From a virus (taxonomy: Duplodnaviria > Heunggongvirae > Uroviricota > Caudoviricetes): a DNA stretch of 64,000 nucleotides. The position numbers and the translations under genes were made by a program. Location: IMG/VR virus record IMGVR_UViG_3300047667_001391, one strand, 5' to 3'. Shown here piece by piece: positions 27,880-37,952 of the stretch (within the stretch, counting starts at the first letter, position 1; each line of letters starts with the position of its first letter). Under the pieces are notes generated by a model, which ran no database searches, was not told the origin of the DNA, and worked only from the letters and a program-made list of their open reading frames with translations.

Positions 27880-28605
27880 ATGAATAATAAGCTAAAAATT
27901 AAGCCAACTTTTATATCACAGTTAATGGTATTGGCAGTCACCATGGACAAAACACCATCATCGGGATTTTTTATGGGGTCTTGGTGCGGAACTTCATGTT
28001 GTATTTGTGGAAATCAAGCGATTACTAATAACTTAGATTTATTTCCATTAGCTAAAAGTGCTCGTTTGTTGGTCACGAAGGCTATGTTTGTGTCGGATGA
28101 GTTAAATTATGCTTGTGAACGCCTGACCAATGAAACAAAATTATCTCGTTCAGTATATGAAGCATTTTCTACAGCTAGGCATAACATGGCATCTAGTTCC
28201 GGCTTACTTAATAAACATCAGCTTAGACACCCCCATCTTAATGGAAACTCAAGCCCAAAAATCGCAACTGATTATATAAGAATGATTATTGGTATTGTAT
28301 CGAAACCAGAAATATTCGCAGAACGTATAATTTTAAATAAAGCACCACTAGGGGCAACTCATTACTTAATTAATCAATATAATTTTACAGAGGGTTATTT
28401 TCAACTAACTGAAGATTGTGATGTATTGGTTGATGGATTTAATGGCTGGGAGACAGTCGATATTGATATTTCAATAAACGGCAATCATGAGGTTCGGTGC
28501 ATATCTGATATAGCGCGTCAAGTAGAATTGTTCGATAAAATCACTGAGCTTGAGCAAAACAATGGGATTGTGTCGACAGTTGCCTGCCTCATGGGGGGTT
28601 TGTAG
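27880..28605 (+). CDS. hypothetical protein, tandem paralog 2 with a C-terminal extension
   Basis: See paralog 1. Confidence 0.55.
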   Translation: MNNKLKIKPTFISQLMVLAVTMDKTPSSGFFMGSWCGTSCCICGNQAITNNLDLFPLAKSARLLVTKAMFVSDELNYACERLTNETKLSRSVYEAFSTARHNMASSSGLLNKHQLRHPHLNGNSSPKIATDYIRMIIGIVSKPEIFAERIILNKAPLGATHYLINQYNFTEGYFQLTEDCDVLVDGFNGWETVDIDISINGNHEVRCISDIARQVELFDKITELEQNNGIVSTVACLMGGL

Positions 28606-29066
28606 TGAATAATATACATTTATCTATTAGTCTTAGGCAGGCCAACAAGAAAATAGGTGAGCAGAAACTTAAGATTTCGGAGCTTACCAAATACAACGGC
28701 GAACTTGTGGCTGACCAAGTTGTAAATGAAATATTATGGAAAGAGCGTATTGCAGGGCTTGAGAAAGAGAAGTCCGAAGCATTGGCTTGTATAGAATGGA
28801 CTAAACAAGGGCACGAAGAATATTTAGAGGGTGAGTATGAGGGGCAATTAGGTGATGCCGAAAGCGTTCTTAGAGAAATGAAATCTAAAAACGCAGAGCT
28901 TGAAAAAGACATTTCAATCGCTACAAAAATAATGATTGATATAACTAACGCGCAGACTGTTACGGATGACGGTCATAGTGTGGGTTATCTCGTTACAAAT
29001 AAGGTGATGAAAAAACTTGATGTATTTATTAGTAAAGCACTAAAAAATAAAAAAAAAGGTTTTTAA
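28605..29066 (+). CDS. hypothetical coiled-coil protein
   Basis: 153-aa ORF. Confidence 0.5.
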   Translation: MNNIHLSISLRQANKKIGEQKLKISELTKYNGELVADQVVNEILWKERIAGLEKEKSEALACIEWTKQGHEEYLEGEYEGQLGDAESVLREMKSKNAELEKDISIATKIMIDITNAQTVTDDGHSVGYLVTNKVMKKLDVFISKALKNKKKGF

Positions 29067-29263
29067 TGAGAATTAAATTTAATTATATTATATCCTTAGT
29101 GGGATTGTCTATACTTATTATATCGCCCTTTATTATGCCGTGGTTTATTCTAGAAATAACATTTTCTTCGGGTGCTATGGGGTATTTTAAAGTCTGGGGT
29201 TATATTTGTTGTTGTTGTGTATTCCTAATGGTACCCCATTTAGCTGATAAATGGGTGGAATAA
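29066..29263 (+). CDS. hypothetical small membrane protein
   Basis: 65 aa with two hydrophobic segments. Confidence 0.4.
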   Translation: MRIKFNYIISLVGLSILIISPFIMPWFILEITFSSGAMGYFKVWGYICCCCVFLMVPHLADKWVE

Positions 29264-29345
29264 TAAAATACAACGAAATTGCTTTACAATATGCTTGGGT
29301 TGGGTATAATTACCTAACTCAAGCATAACATCTTAGGAATTCTAA

Positions 29346-29633
29346 ATGGCAAAGGTATTCGCGGTAATTCTAGAAGACCAAGACTTAGTTTTAAAAACAT
29401 GGTCTAGTGCTAAATTATTTAATAAAACCGAGTCGTGGTTAGATGATAAATTTATTTGTATCGCAACCTCTGATGATTTTAAAGGTAATAATAGTTTTCC
29501 ACCACGTGGAGTATTCGATGATGAAATTATAGAAGGCGAGGTCTCGTTTTTTATTCGAACACAGAATGAGATTGCAGCTCACAATATTATGCATGATGCG
29601 CGTAATAATTATATGGGTTTGAGTAAATTATGA
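29346..29633 (+). CDS. hypothetical protein
   Basis: 95-aa ORF. Confidence 0.5.
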   Translation: MAKVFAVILEDQDLVLKTWSSAKLFNKTESWLDDKFICIATSDDFKGNNSFPPRGVFDDEIIEGEVSFFIRTQNEIAAHNIMHDARNNYMGLSKL

Positions 29634-29827
29634 ATTTATCACAGAAGAAAAATTGCAATGGATGTAAGGCTGGGTGGTACAATACTCATCCCCTTAATCA
29701 CAAATGTGACCTACATATACCCATTAAAAATGGAAATTATGAGGGTATACCACTCAAGCCATGCATGAAGCCATTAACTAATAAAGACTATGCTAGTCTT
29801 ATAATAATACGTAGGAATAAATCATGA
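29630..29827 (+). CDS. hypothetical Cys-containing protein
   Basis: 65-aa ORF, translationally coupled. Confidence 0.4.
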   Translation: MNLSQKKNCNGCKAGWYNTHPLNHKCDLHIPIKNGNYEGIPLKPCMKPLTNKDYASLIIIRRNKS

Positions 29828-30237
29828 AGAGTATAAATTGGAATGAATTATCACAACTTGGGTTAGTTGAACTAATTAATAGAGAAACCCTACATCCATT
29901 GGGCTTGTCAATTTCAGTAGAACCTGATACTGGAATCAGTAGAAAAATTATAGTTTCTCCCGATGGCGGTTTTCACTACAAACATATAAAGCCAGAATTG
30001 GTAAGTGATGACGTGATTACCCGCAGACTTAATGAAATTCTATCAACTCGGGACGATGGCAATGAGTTGGATACTGAAAAATCGACTGAGGTAGAAAAAC
30101 TAAATCAAAAAGCAGAAGGTGTGTTTGATGCCATTTCCACAATTCCAACCGCAAACTATTTTGGGTCGAATTTTATTAGTCTTACGGCACTTAATAATTT
30201 CGGCGTATCATTAAAGCAAAAAGCAGAGAAATTGTGA
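29824..30237 (+). CDS. hypothetical protein
   Basis: 137-aa ORF. Confidence 0.5.
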   Translation: MKSINWNELSQLGLVELINRETLHPLGLSISVEPDTGISRKIIVSPDGGFHYKHIKPELVSDDVITRRLNEILSTRDDGNELDTEKSTEVEKLNQKAEGVFDAISTIPTANYFGSNFISLTALNNFGVSLKQKAEKL

Positions 30238-30449
30238 TTAGGAAGGTGATAGTTGACGGTATTTGTCCATATATCATATCGTATGAATACAATATGATTG
30301 ACCCACCTAAAGTTTTATCAGTAGAGTACTTAGACGGTAGCATTATTTGCGACGTTACTGTATTACTTGCAATGATCAACAAACAACATTATAATATGAT
30401 TTTATGCCTTCATATATCTTCTATGAAAAACTACAAATTACTAAGGTAA
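30234..30449 (+). CDS. hypothetical protein
   Basis: 71-aa ORF with weak support. Confidence 0.3.
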   Translation: MIRKVIVDGICPYIISYEYNMIDPPKVLSVEYLDGSIICDVTVLLAMINKQHYNMILCLHISSMKNYKLLR

Positions 30450-30454
30450 ATATA

Positions 30455-30673
30455 ATGAGTAAAAGAAAAACAAAACATATTATTGCTGCGGTGCATCCAG
30501 ATAAATCTATTTTGGCCATGAACGTTTTCACTAATAAATTTTTATGGTATCGCGTTAATTCTAAAGAAATTTATTCTTTTTTAGAATCGGGTCATGGTGT
30601 AGAAATGGACGACGTTAATCCAAAATCTTGGGTACTAAAACAAATAAATAGTGGCATTAGACTAATTCGTTAA
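30455..30673 (+). CDS. hypothetical protein
   Basis: The ATG at 30455 has an AAGG SD. The track's upstream start is less likely. Confidence 0.45.
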   Translation: MSKRKTKHIIAAVHPDKSILAMNVFTNKFLWYRVNSKEIYSFLESGHGVEMDDVNPKSWVLKQINSGIRLIR

Positions 30674-30687
30674 CAATTGGAAATTTT

Positions 30688-31617
30688 ATGAGTAAAAAAT
30701 TATTATGGGTTGAAAAATATCGACCTAACACAATAGAAGAATGTATATTGCCAGAAAAGGTTAAGCAGCAAGCCAAAGGTATGGTTGCGGATGGAAATAT
30801 AAATCACCTCCTCCTTAGTGGCCCTGCTGGCACAGGCAAGACTACCTTAGCCAAAGCCATATGTTATGAATTAGGTGCAGACTGGCTGATGTACAATGGC
30901 TCTGATGGCTCACTTAACATCGAAGAATTGAGGGAGAATATTGCAGACCACGCTTATACGACTAGTCTGACTGGTCGGGATCAAACAAAAGTTATATTAA
31001 TTGATGAAGCTGATGGGTTAAGTTCGTTAGTTCAGGGTGCATTGAGAAATGCAATGGAAAAATATTCAAACAATTGCAGGTTTATACTTACGTGCAATTA
31101 CCCAGATAAAATTATTAGCCCATTACATTCTCGTTGTGCATCTATTGATTATAAATTTAATAAAACAGAACTAAATGACTTAGTTCGACAGTTTGCTAAA
31201 AGAACATTAGAAATACTAAAAGAAGAAGAAATAACATATGATGTCGCTGCAATTAAGGGCGTCGTGATGCAATATTTTCCAGATAACCGGAAGATATTAA
31301 ACGAGCTGCAGCAATATGCACGTAGGACTGGCACAATAGATATGGAAATATTAGAAGACTTAAAATCTGATATGGAAATATTATTTAAAGCCGTATTAGA
31401 TAAGAATTTTGCAGATACCAAATCTTGGATTGCGAACCATTCAGTTGGTACTATTTTTAATTCTTTATATAAACAGTCTGAGAGGTATATACCGAAACAG
31501 AACATGCCACTTTTTATAATGAGACTCGGTGAGTATCAAAAATATCATGGTATTGTTCCCAACCAAGAACTTAATATTTTGGCATGTCTGACTGAGTTTA
31601 TGTCTGATTTACCTTAA
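30688..31617 (+). CDS. clamp loader ATPase subunit (T4 gp44 / RFC small-subunit-like)
   Basis: Co-linear with T4 gp44: EKYRP.TI-ECILP, Walker A SGPAGTGKTT, DEADGL (DExD), and SRC. Confidence 0.85.
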   Translation: MSKKLLWVEKYRPNTIEECILPEKVKQQAKGMVADGNINHLLLSGPAGTGKTTLAKAICYELGADWLMYNGSDGSLNIEELRENIADHAYTTSLTGRDQTKVILIDEADGLSSLVQGALRNAMEKYSNNCRFILTCNYPDKIISPLHSRCASIDYKFNKTELNDLVRQFAKRTLEILKEEEITYDVAAIKGVVMQYFPDNRKILNELQQYARRTGTIDMEILEDLKSDMEILFKAVLDKNFADTKSWIANHSVGTIFNSLYKQSERYIPKQNMPLFIMRLGEYQKYHGIVPNQELNILACLTEFMSDLP

Positions 31618-31867
31618 ATAAAATACTTACTTTTCTGCATAAGTTAGTATACTTATACAACCTACACAAATAACCAAGGAATTGACATGTTCGAAATTTT
31701 AATTGGCATTTTATTTTATGTACTAATCGCGACTATTTTATTCATTAACTGTGTTTTAAATGACTTAAATATTAAATACGAAAAGTTTTCACATATGACA
31801 GAAACGCACCACGAAATGTATTTGTTTTTTTGTTCTATTTGGTTATTTTTGGTTATTTTAATACTTT

Positions 31868-32371
31868 ATGGAAATATTAAGGATTGGTATGTTAAATATA
31901 TTCGGGGAAACTTCAGTCGATCTGGTGGAGGAGGAGTTTAAGGCTCCACCAAACCCAAAGTTATTTGATTGGCTGGCTTCAATAAATAAATCTAAGGTCG
32001 ATTTAAGACTCACTTCACTTAGTGATAATATCGGACCTGATTCTATGATGAAAGGTTATGAACCCTTCATCATAAATAAAGGTATTGGGCAATCTGTTGG
32101 TACTATTGGCTTTGCTAATATATTAAATCGGTTACCTCATATCCCAAAGGAACAACAATATCTATTTCTTATGATGGGTATACCACGCAATAAATCATTT
32201 GCTGCATGGGCTAAAGAAGAAAAAATAAATAACTTAAAAGAAGTTATGGACAAATTGTGCTATACAAAAGAAAAGGCCAAAGAAGCTATATTGGTCTTGG
32301 GAGTTGATGGCGTTAACGAACTGCTACACGAAAAGGGTGGCATACAAAAGAAAATCAGGGGAAAGAAATGA
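31868..32371 (+). CDS. clamp loader subunit (T4 gp62-like); start uncertain
   Basis: YLFLMMGIPRNKSFAAWAKEEK resembles gp62 (YLMAAVPRGKRYGKWAKLVE). Its position after the gp44-like gene matches T4 order. An 84-aa overlapping ORF (31687..31941) may instead be a small membrane protein. Confidence 0.5.
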   Translation: MEILRIGMLNIFGETSVDLVEEEFKAPPNPKLFDWLASINKSKVDLRLTSLSDNIGPDSMMKGYEPFIINKGIGQSVGTIGFANILNRLPHIPKEQQYLFLMMGIPRNKSFAAWAKEEKINNLKEVMDKLCYTKEKAKEAILVLGVDGVNELLHEKGGIQKKIRGKK

Positions 32372-32997
32372 GTACATTTGATAGAGTTGCATTATGGAAC
32401 ACCGTTTGTGGTAAAGTTGCGCCAGAATTTGGTACACTCGATTATTTCACTACATTACGTAATCAGGCAAAAAGAATCCAAGAAGAATTGGACGAATTAG
32501 TGCTTGCAGTTGATGTTGCAGAAAATATACAAAATATTATATTAGATCAGTCTTGTTCTATTAATGTAGTTAATATTGACGGCGTATTTTATGAATGCAC
32601 CGAAGAAGAATTAAGTAAACAACATCAGGAAATTCTAGACGCTGGCTGTGATTTAGATGTAGTTGTTGCTGGTTTGAACTTCTTGTCCGGTCATGCTTAC
32701 TCTCTTGCAATCGAAGAAGTTTTGGCTAATAATGATGCTAAATACACAGGCGTAGCTGATTTTGCTATAGATTCACTAGAGTCTTATGGTGATGGTCACC
32801 GGATAGTAAGTACGCATATTGAAGTTGAGTCATCTCAACGTGATGATTTATTGGAAGGTGGCTTCACTACATACGTAAAAAATGGATTATTGTTTGCTAT
32901 TTTTCATACAGTGCATCGAGATAAAGACGATAAAATTATGAAGTTGCTCGGTCACCCTAAAGTAGACCTGATCCCATTCACAAGAACAGAAGCATAA
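32368..32997 (+). CDS. hypothetical protein (possible MazG-like pyrophosphohydrolase)
   Basis: 209 aa. QEELDELVLAV resembles a MazG EExxE motif only weakly. Confidence 0.45.
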   Translation: MSTFDRVALWNTVCGKVAPEFGTLDYFTTLRNQAKRIQEELDELVLAVDVAENIQNIILDQSCSINVVNIDGVFYECTEEELSKQHQEILDAGCDLDVVVAGLNFLSGHAYSLAIEEVLANNDAKYTGVADFAIDSLESYGDGHRIVSTHIEVESSQRDDLLEGGFTTYVKNGLLFAIFHTVHRDKDDKIMKLLGHPKVDLIPFTRTEA

Positions 32998-33050
32998 TAT
33001 AACTAATACCCATTCAAATAATCTTTGGGTGGGTATAAGGAGGGTGATAA

Positions 33051-35660
33051 TTGAGTGATACATGGTTTATTAATTGTGAGGGTAGGGGTAATAATCTATT
33101 ACTTACCTACGTTCATGACGAACAAATAAAATACGTAAAGGTACCAAATTACAAACCTATTCTTTTTACATCGGGTAATGGACAACCATCAAATTTTACT
33201 GAACTATTGACGAAAAAATCATTAGTTGCTGTGCAGTTTGATAGCATTAGGGACGCCAATGACGCCATAAGGGAGTCGCGGGATTCTGGTGAAACTTTAT
33301 ATGGTAACCGTAACTTTAAATATGCATTTCTACATTCACAATTTAAAAACATGGAAACTGCATATGATCCTAAACTAGTGCGGGGCTTTTTCTTAGATAT
33401 TGAGTGTCCAAGTGAAAATGGTTTCCCTGACCCCGCTAAAGCAGAGTGGCCTATAAACTTGATGGGCATATATGATACATTTACAAAAAAATATCATATA
33501 TGGGGATTAAATAAATATGATATTAACAAATATGCCGATAAATTACTTGAATCTGGTGTGCGCGTAGATGAAATTATATATCATGAATTTATAGACGAAG
33601 TCATACTCCTCAGTCATATGCTCAAATGGTGGAATAATAACTGCCCAGCGTATGTAACTGGATGGAATACTAGTGGTTTCGATAACCCATATTTATGTCA
33701 CAGGCTACAAAAAATGGGTCTAGATATCGGTAAATTGTCTCCGTGGGGTGTTACTACCATAAGAGAGTCAGATTACCTAGGTAAAACTATTTTTATCGTC
33801 AAAATCCTTGGTGTGGCAGACCTAGATTACATGAAGGTATATAAAGATAATAGATTTAAAACACAGGAGAGTTATAAACTTGATCACATAGCTCATGTAG
33901 AGTTAGGTAGAAAAAAAGTTGATTACTCTGAAGTTGCATCAGACCTACGCACATTACACAAAAAAGATTGGGATTTGTATGCCACATATAATGTTATGGA
34001 CTGCGCGTTAGTTAAGCAACTTGATGATAAATTGGGTTATATTAATATAACACTGGCAGTTGCCTATAACGCAGGTATAAATCTAGATGATGTTAAATCT
34101 CCGGTGGCCACTTGGGAAAATATATTATATAGAGAGCTTATTGATAAAAATATAGTTCTTCCACCCAAATCTAATAACCAAAAAGTTAATTTTGAAGGTG
34201 GGTATGTCAAGTCTCCACAGAAAGGTAAACATAAATGGGTTTGTAGTTTTGATTTGAATTCATTATATCCGCATATTATAATGGGGAGTAACATTAGCCC
34301 AGAAACTATAACTCCAGTGGTGGTACCAGAAGCTAATGTTGATAATATATTGTTAGGTATTGAGACCGGAGAACCAACTTGTATAATACCGAAAGGTAAT
34401 TTATCGGTCTGCGCATCAGGTAATACTTTTAGCAATGATCAGATGGGTGTTGCTGGTTTGCTGATGGAAAAGTTATACATCGAAAGAAAACGAATCAAGA
34501 CCGAAATGTTAGTTCATGAACAAGATGTACAGAACATCATGGCTGATCAATTAGAAGGTATGATTGAAAAATACGGCGACCTTTGCAAAGAAGATCTTAT
34601 AGCCGCGGCAGAAAAACAAGTGACATTAAAAAATGGTGGCCAGATGGTCCGAAAGATTTTGTTAAATAGTTTTTATGGGGCGCTCGCAAATGTTTATTTT
34701 TGTTTGTTTGATATCCGTCTAGCTGAGTCAGTAACAAAGCAGGGGCAATTGTCGATTCGATGGGCTGGTGATTGGGTAAATAAAGAATTGCAGAAAGTTT
34801 TTGCAAACAAAAAAGATTATATTGTTTATACTGATACTGATTCTATCTATGTTTGCTTAGATGATGTAGTGAACCGAATGGGGTTCGCTGAAAAGAGCAC
34901 TGCTGAGACTGTCGAGATGTTAGATAACTTTTGTAAATCTAAGATGATGCCTATTTTGAACAAGGGGTATGATGAATTACAGCGACACTGTAACAGTCGA
35001 GATCAGAAGATGATTATGGCTCGGGAAGTAATTTCAGATAACAGTGTGTTCTGCTCCAAAAAACATTATGCCTTGAGTGTGTGGAATTCTGAAGGTGTTG
35101 CATTTAGTGAACCATATATTAAAAATATAGGGCTTCATGTAGTAAAGTCTTCAACACCACAAATTGTTCGAAGTGCTATGAATAAAACTATAAGTTTAAT
35201 TTTAAATAGCACAGAATCAGATGTACAAAAGTACATCAAAGAATTCAAGAAAGTTTTTATTAAAAATAAAGTCGAAGATATTTCTTTCCCGAGAGGTGTT
35301 AATGGTATGGAAGATAAGTACTGTGACGCACTAGGTGACTTTTTGAGTGGTGTTACGGTGCCCATTAATAGCAGGGCGGCCATTACATACAATAAAGCTT
35401 TAAAGGCCAAGGGACTCGATAATTATCAGGAAATTGTGGCAGGGGATAAGATTAAATATGTGTACATAGAATTACCAAACCAAATCAACACTAACGTGAT
35501 GGGTTTTATTGATATGTTACCGCCAGAATTTAATCTTCATGATAGCATTGACTGGGATTTGATGTACCTCAAGGTTTACTTAGCACCAATGCGTGAAATT
35601 ATTAACTTAATTGGGTGGTCAGTAGAGCCTATAGCATCATTAGAATCATTTTTTGATTAA
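33051..35660 (+). CDS. DNA polymerase, family B (T4 gp43-like), with 3'-5' exonuclease domain
   Basis: Exo I FLDIECP, motif A DLNSLYPHIIM, motif C YTDTDSIYV and a KxY region. TTG start with an AAGGAGGG SD. Confidence 0.92.
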   Translation: MSDTWFINCEGRGNNLLLTYVHDEQIKYVKVPNYKPILFTSGNGQPSNFTELLTKKSLVAVQFDSIRDANDAIRESRDSGETLYGNRNFKYAFLHSQFKNMETAYDPKLVRGFFLDIECPSENGFPDPAKAEWPINLMGIYDTFTKKYHIWGLNKYDINKYADKLLESGVRVDEIIYHEFIDEVILLSHMLKWWNNNCPAYVTGWNTSGFDNPYLCHRLQKMGLDIGKLSPWGVTTIRESDYLGKTIFIVKILGVADLDYMKVYKDNRFKTQESYKLDHIAHVELGRKKVDYSEVASDLRTLHKKDWDLYATYNVMDCALVKQLDDKLGYINITLAVAYNAGINLDDVKSPVATWENILYRELIDKNIVLPPKSNNQKVNFEGGYVKSPQKGKHKWVCSFDLNSLYPHIIMGSNISPETITPVVVPEANVDNILLGIETGEPTCIIPKGNLSVCASGNTFSNDQMGVAGLLMEKLYIERKRIKTEMLVHEQDVQNIMADQLEGMIEKYGDLCKEDLIAAAEKQVTLKNGGQMVRKILLNSFYGALANVYFCLFDIRLAESVTKQGQLSIRWAGDWVNKELQKVFANKKDYIVYTDTDSIYVCLDDVVNRMGFAEKSTAETVEMLDNFCKSKMMPILNKGYDELQRHCNSRDQKMIMAREVISDNSVFCSKKHYALSVWNSEGVAFSEPYIKNIGLHVVKSSTPQIVRSAMNKTISLILNSTESDVQKYIKEFKKVFIKNKVEDISFPRGVNGMEDKYCDALGDFLSGVTVPINSRAAITYNKALKAKGLDNYQEIVAGDKIKYVYIELPNQINTNVMGFIDMLPPEFNLHDSIDWDLMYLKVYLAPMREIINLIGWSVEPIASLESFFD

Positions 35661-35665
35661 AAAGC

Positions 35666-35694
35666 TTTACATTTATTTTTAATTCATATATAAT
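35666..35694 (+). promoter_or_regulatory. sigma70-like promoter TTTACA-17-TATAAT
   Basis: Perfect consensus boxes read from the sequence. Confidence 0.6.
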
Positions 35695-35718
35695 TTCATG
35701 TCAATGTAGGAGAGTAGT

Positions 35719-36339
35719 ATGATTGGTATTTATTTGAGTGGGTACCAGTCATATAAATTATTTATGGCGATTAACCTTCACTTCAATCAAGAAAAATATG
35801 ATATTTTTGAAATGAAGGGGAGGACCAAAATTAATGAAAATTCATTTACTAAAAGGAACGATAAGCATTTTTTTACTACTCTAGGGAGAGAGTATAAACG
35901 CGGTGACCTTGGTGATTATTATATGGCTAATATTATGGCTGGGTGTACTCATATATCACAGTACACTGATTATAATCTACGGGAATGGAAATCAAAGATG
36001 CATAGGATAGACTACATCTTTGAGGAGGATCTCAAAAAGTTAAGTTTTCTTGTTGTGAAACATGAAATAAAATTTAATGATTTATTTTCTTCGATTACAG
36101 GGAACTTACCTCTGGTCGTGCAACTTTTGAACGGCGGCCACATTAACTTAGAGACTATATGTATAATCGATAAGATTTTGGGAGGTGGTATATTATTAAG
36201 ATTTGACGAACAAATCAGAGATAAATTTGTATGGCCGAAATTAAGGATGAGGATACATAAATATTCTCGCTGGCTTAATAAATTGGAATTATCCACTTTA
36301 AGAAAAACATTAATAAATTACACAAAACAGGAAAAATAA
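35719..36339 (+). CDS. hypothetical protein
   Basis: 206-aa ORF with an AGGAGAG SD. Confidence 0.55.
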   Translation: MIGIYLSGYQSYKLFMAINLHFNQEKYDIFEMKGRTKINENSFTKRNDKHFFTTLGREYKRGDLGDYYMANIMAGCTHISQYTDYNLREWKSKMHRIDYIFEEDLKKLSFLVVKHEIKFNDLFSSITGNLPLVVQLLNGGHINLETICIIDKILGGGILLRFDEQIRDKFVWPKLRMRIHKYSRWLNKLELSTLRKTLINYTKQEK

Positions 36340-36343
36340 ATAC

Positions 36344-37513
36344 ATGACATCATTTGCATCACTTAAAAACAATAAATCAAATGCACTAGCTGGACTAAGA
36401 GAGAAAGTTCAGGCATCCGCTGCAGGAGAAGGGGGGACACCAAAAGACCCAAGAAAGTTTAAATTGACGTGGGACAAAAAAACACATATCGGCAGTGCAA
36501 TAATTCGGTTTTTACCGTTCGGTAATGGCGATAGATTGCCGTGGGCTGAATGGGCTGAATTTTCTTTTAAAGGTAAGGGCGGTAACTACTGGGAACGCTC
36601 TCGAAAAACTATCGGAGAGGATGACCCAGTGGCTGCACTAAACAAAGCGCAATGGGCGCGTGGCCAAGGCGAAGACGAAAATCAAGTTAAAAACCGTGGT
36701 CGTAGATTACGATATATATCAAATATCGTAGTGATTAGTGACCCAGAACACCCAGAAAATAACGGCCAGAATTTTCTATTTGAGTATGGACCAGCAATAC
36801 ATAAAATGATTATTTCTGCTATGGTACCTGAGTACGCTGACCAACAACCAGTAGAAGTTTATGATATGTGGAACGGTGCTACTTTCCGTTTACGCTCGAA
36901 AGACAAGGGTGGAAATGTAAATTACGACAGCTCTGCTTTTGATGCACCGTCGTGTCTACATGCAGATGACAGTATACTAGAAAGATTTTATAATGGTATG
37001 ATAGATCTATCTGAGTTTGAATCAGCAGATTTATGTAAAACATATGATGAATTAGACAAGTCGATGCGCAAAGTGTTGGGTGGTGCTTATTGTGCCAGTA
37101 TACTGGGTGAAACTATACAGCATGGTGGTGCTGACCCTGATAGCAATAATCCATTTAGTGAGATGCAGGGTAACCAAGGTAACCAAGGTAACCAAGGTAA
37201 CCAAGGCATTCAATTCGAGAAACACCAAGCTCAACAACCACAAGGTAACCAAGGTAATGCAGACCCTTTCGCGGATCAAGGTCAACAGCCACCTTTAGGG
37301 GATGATCCGTTTGCTAACCAACAACCACAAGGTAACCAAGGTAATGCAGACCCGTTTGCAAATCAGACCCAACAGAAGGCAGCAGGAGATGATCCGTTTG
37401 CTAACCAAAATCAGGGGCAGAGCAGCCAAGGACAGAGCAATGCAGATCCGTTTGCAAGCCAATCAAGTGACTCAAACTCAGATGACCCGTTTGCTGATAT
37501 GGATATGGGGTAA
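36344..37513 (+). CDS. ssDNA-binding protein (T4 gp32-like) with a repetitive acidic C-terminal tail
   Basis: AIIRFLPF and NIVVISDPEHPENNGQNFLFEYG match the gp32 core ([31 protein letters not shown]). The C-terminus carries 5x GNQ/GNQGN and 6x DPFA(N/D/S)Q repeats. Confidence 0.8.
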   Translation: MTSFASLKNNKSNALAGLREKVQASAAGEGGTPKDPRKFKLTWDKKTHIGSAIIRFLPFGNGDRLPWAEWAEFSFKGKGGNYWERSRKTIGEDDPVAALNKAQWARGQGEDENQVKNRGRRLRYISNIVVISDPEHPENNGQNFLFEYGPAIHKMIISAMVPEYADQQPVEVYDMWNGATFRLRSKDKGGNVNYDSSAFDAPSCLHADDSILERFYNGMIDLSEFESADLCKTYDELDKSMRKVLGGAYCASILGETIQHGGADPDSNNPFSEMQGNQGNQGNQGNQGIQFEKHQAQQPQGNQGNADPFADQGQQPPLGDDPFANQQPQGNQGNADPFANQTQQKAAGDDPFANQNQGQSSQGQSNADPFASQSSDSNSDDPFADMDMG

Positions 37514-37517
37514 TATT

Positions 37518-37736
37518 ATGATTAAATCAAAAATAAACCCAGAAACTTACGCGGAACGAATTTCTGACATCCACGATATGCTATCTGATGATGTTAGTCT
37601 ACATAGACTTACCGAAAAATGTATGGATATGAAAGTTCAGGAGTTTAATAAACTCGAAGATTTTCTTATGATATTACATGAATCTGGTAATGAAGATGGT
37701 ATTGCTGCATTATCCGAAGAGCTAATGAAAGCTTAA
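37518..37736 (+). CDS. hypothetical protein
   Basis: Internal Met of the track ORF, starting right after the gp32 stop (MIKSKINPET...). Confidence 0.45.
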   Translation: MIKSKINPETYAERISDIHDMLSDDVSLHRLTEKCMDMKVQEFNKLEDFLMILHESGNEDGIAALSEELMKA

Positions 37737-37742
37737 TAATTG

Positions 37743-37767
37743 TGGCGGGGTGTACCCCGCCTTTTTT
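37743..37767 (+). terminator. rho-independent terminator (ggcgggg tgta ccccgcc tttttt)
   Basis: 7-bp GC stem plus T6. Confidence 0.75.
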
Positions 37768-37778
37768 GGTAACATTAT

Positions 37779-37952
37779 ATGAAGAAAATAATAAAAGTAA
37801 AACGTCATATTAAAAGTGATGGTTCGGTTGTCGAGTCATATAACCGAACTATAGACACGAATGATGTAAAATCGCTAAGTTTCTCTATCAAGAAGAAAAG
37901 ATTAGAAGAAGAACAAGCAAGTATATTAAATTCATTCAGAGAGGAGGATTAA
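37779..37952 (+). CDS. small hypothetical basic protein (57 aa)
   Basis: Fills the gap between the terminator and rnh. Its stop overlaps the rnh ATG (TAATG). Confidence 0.35.
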   Translation: MKKIIKVKRHIKSDGSVVESYNRTIDTNDVKSLSFSIKKKRLEEEQASILNSFREED

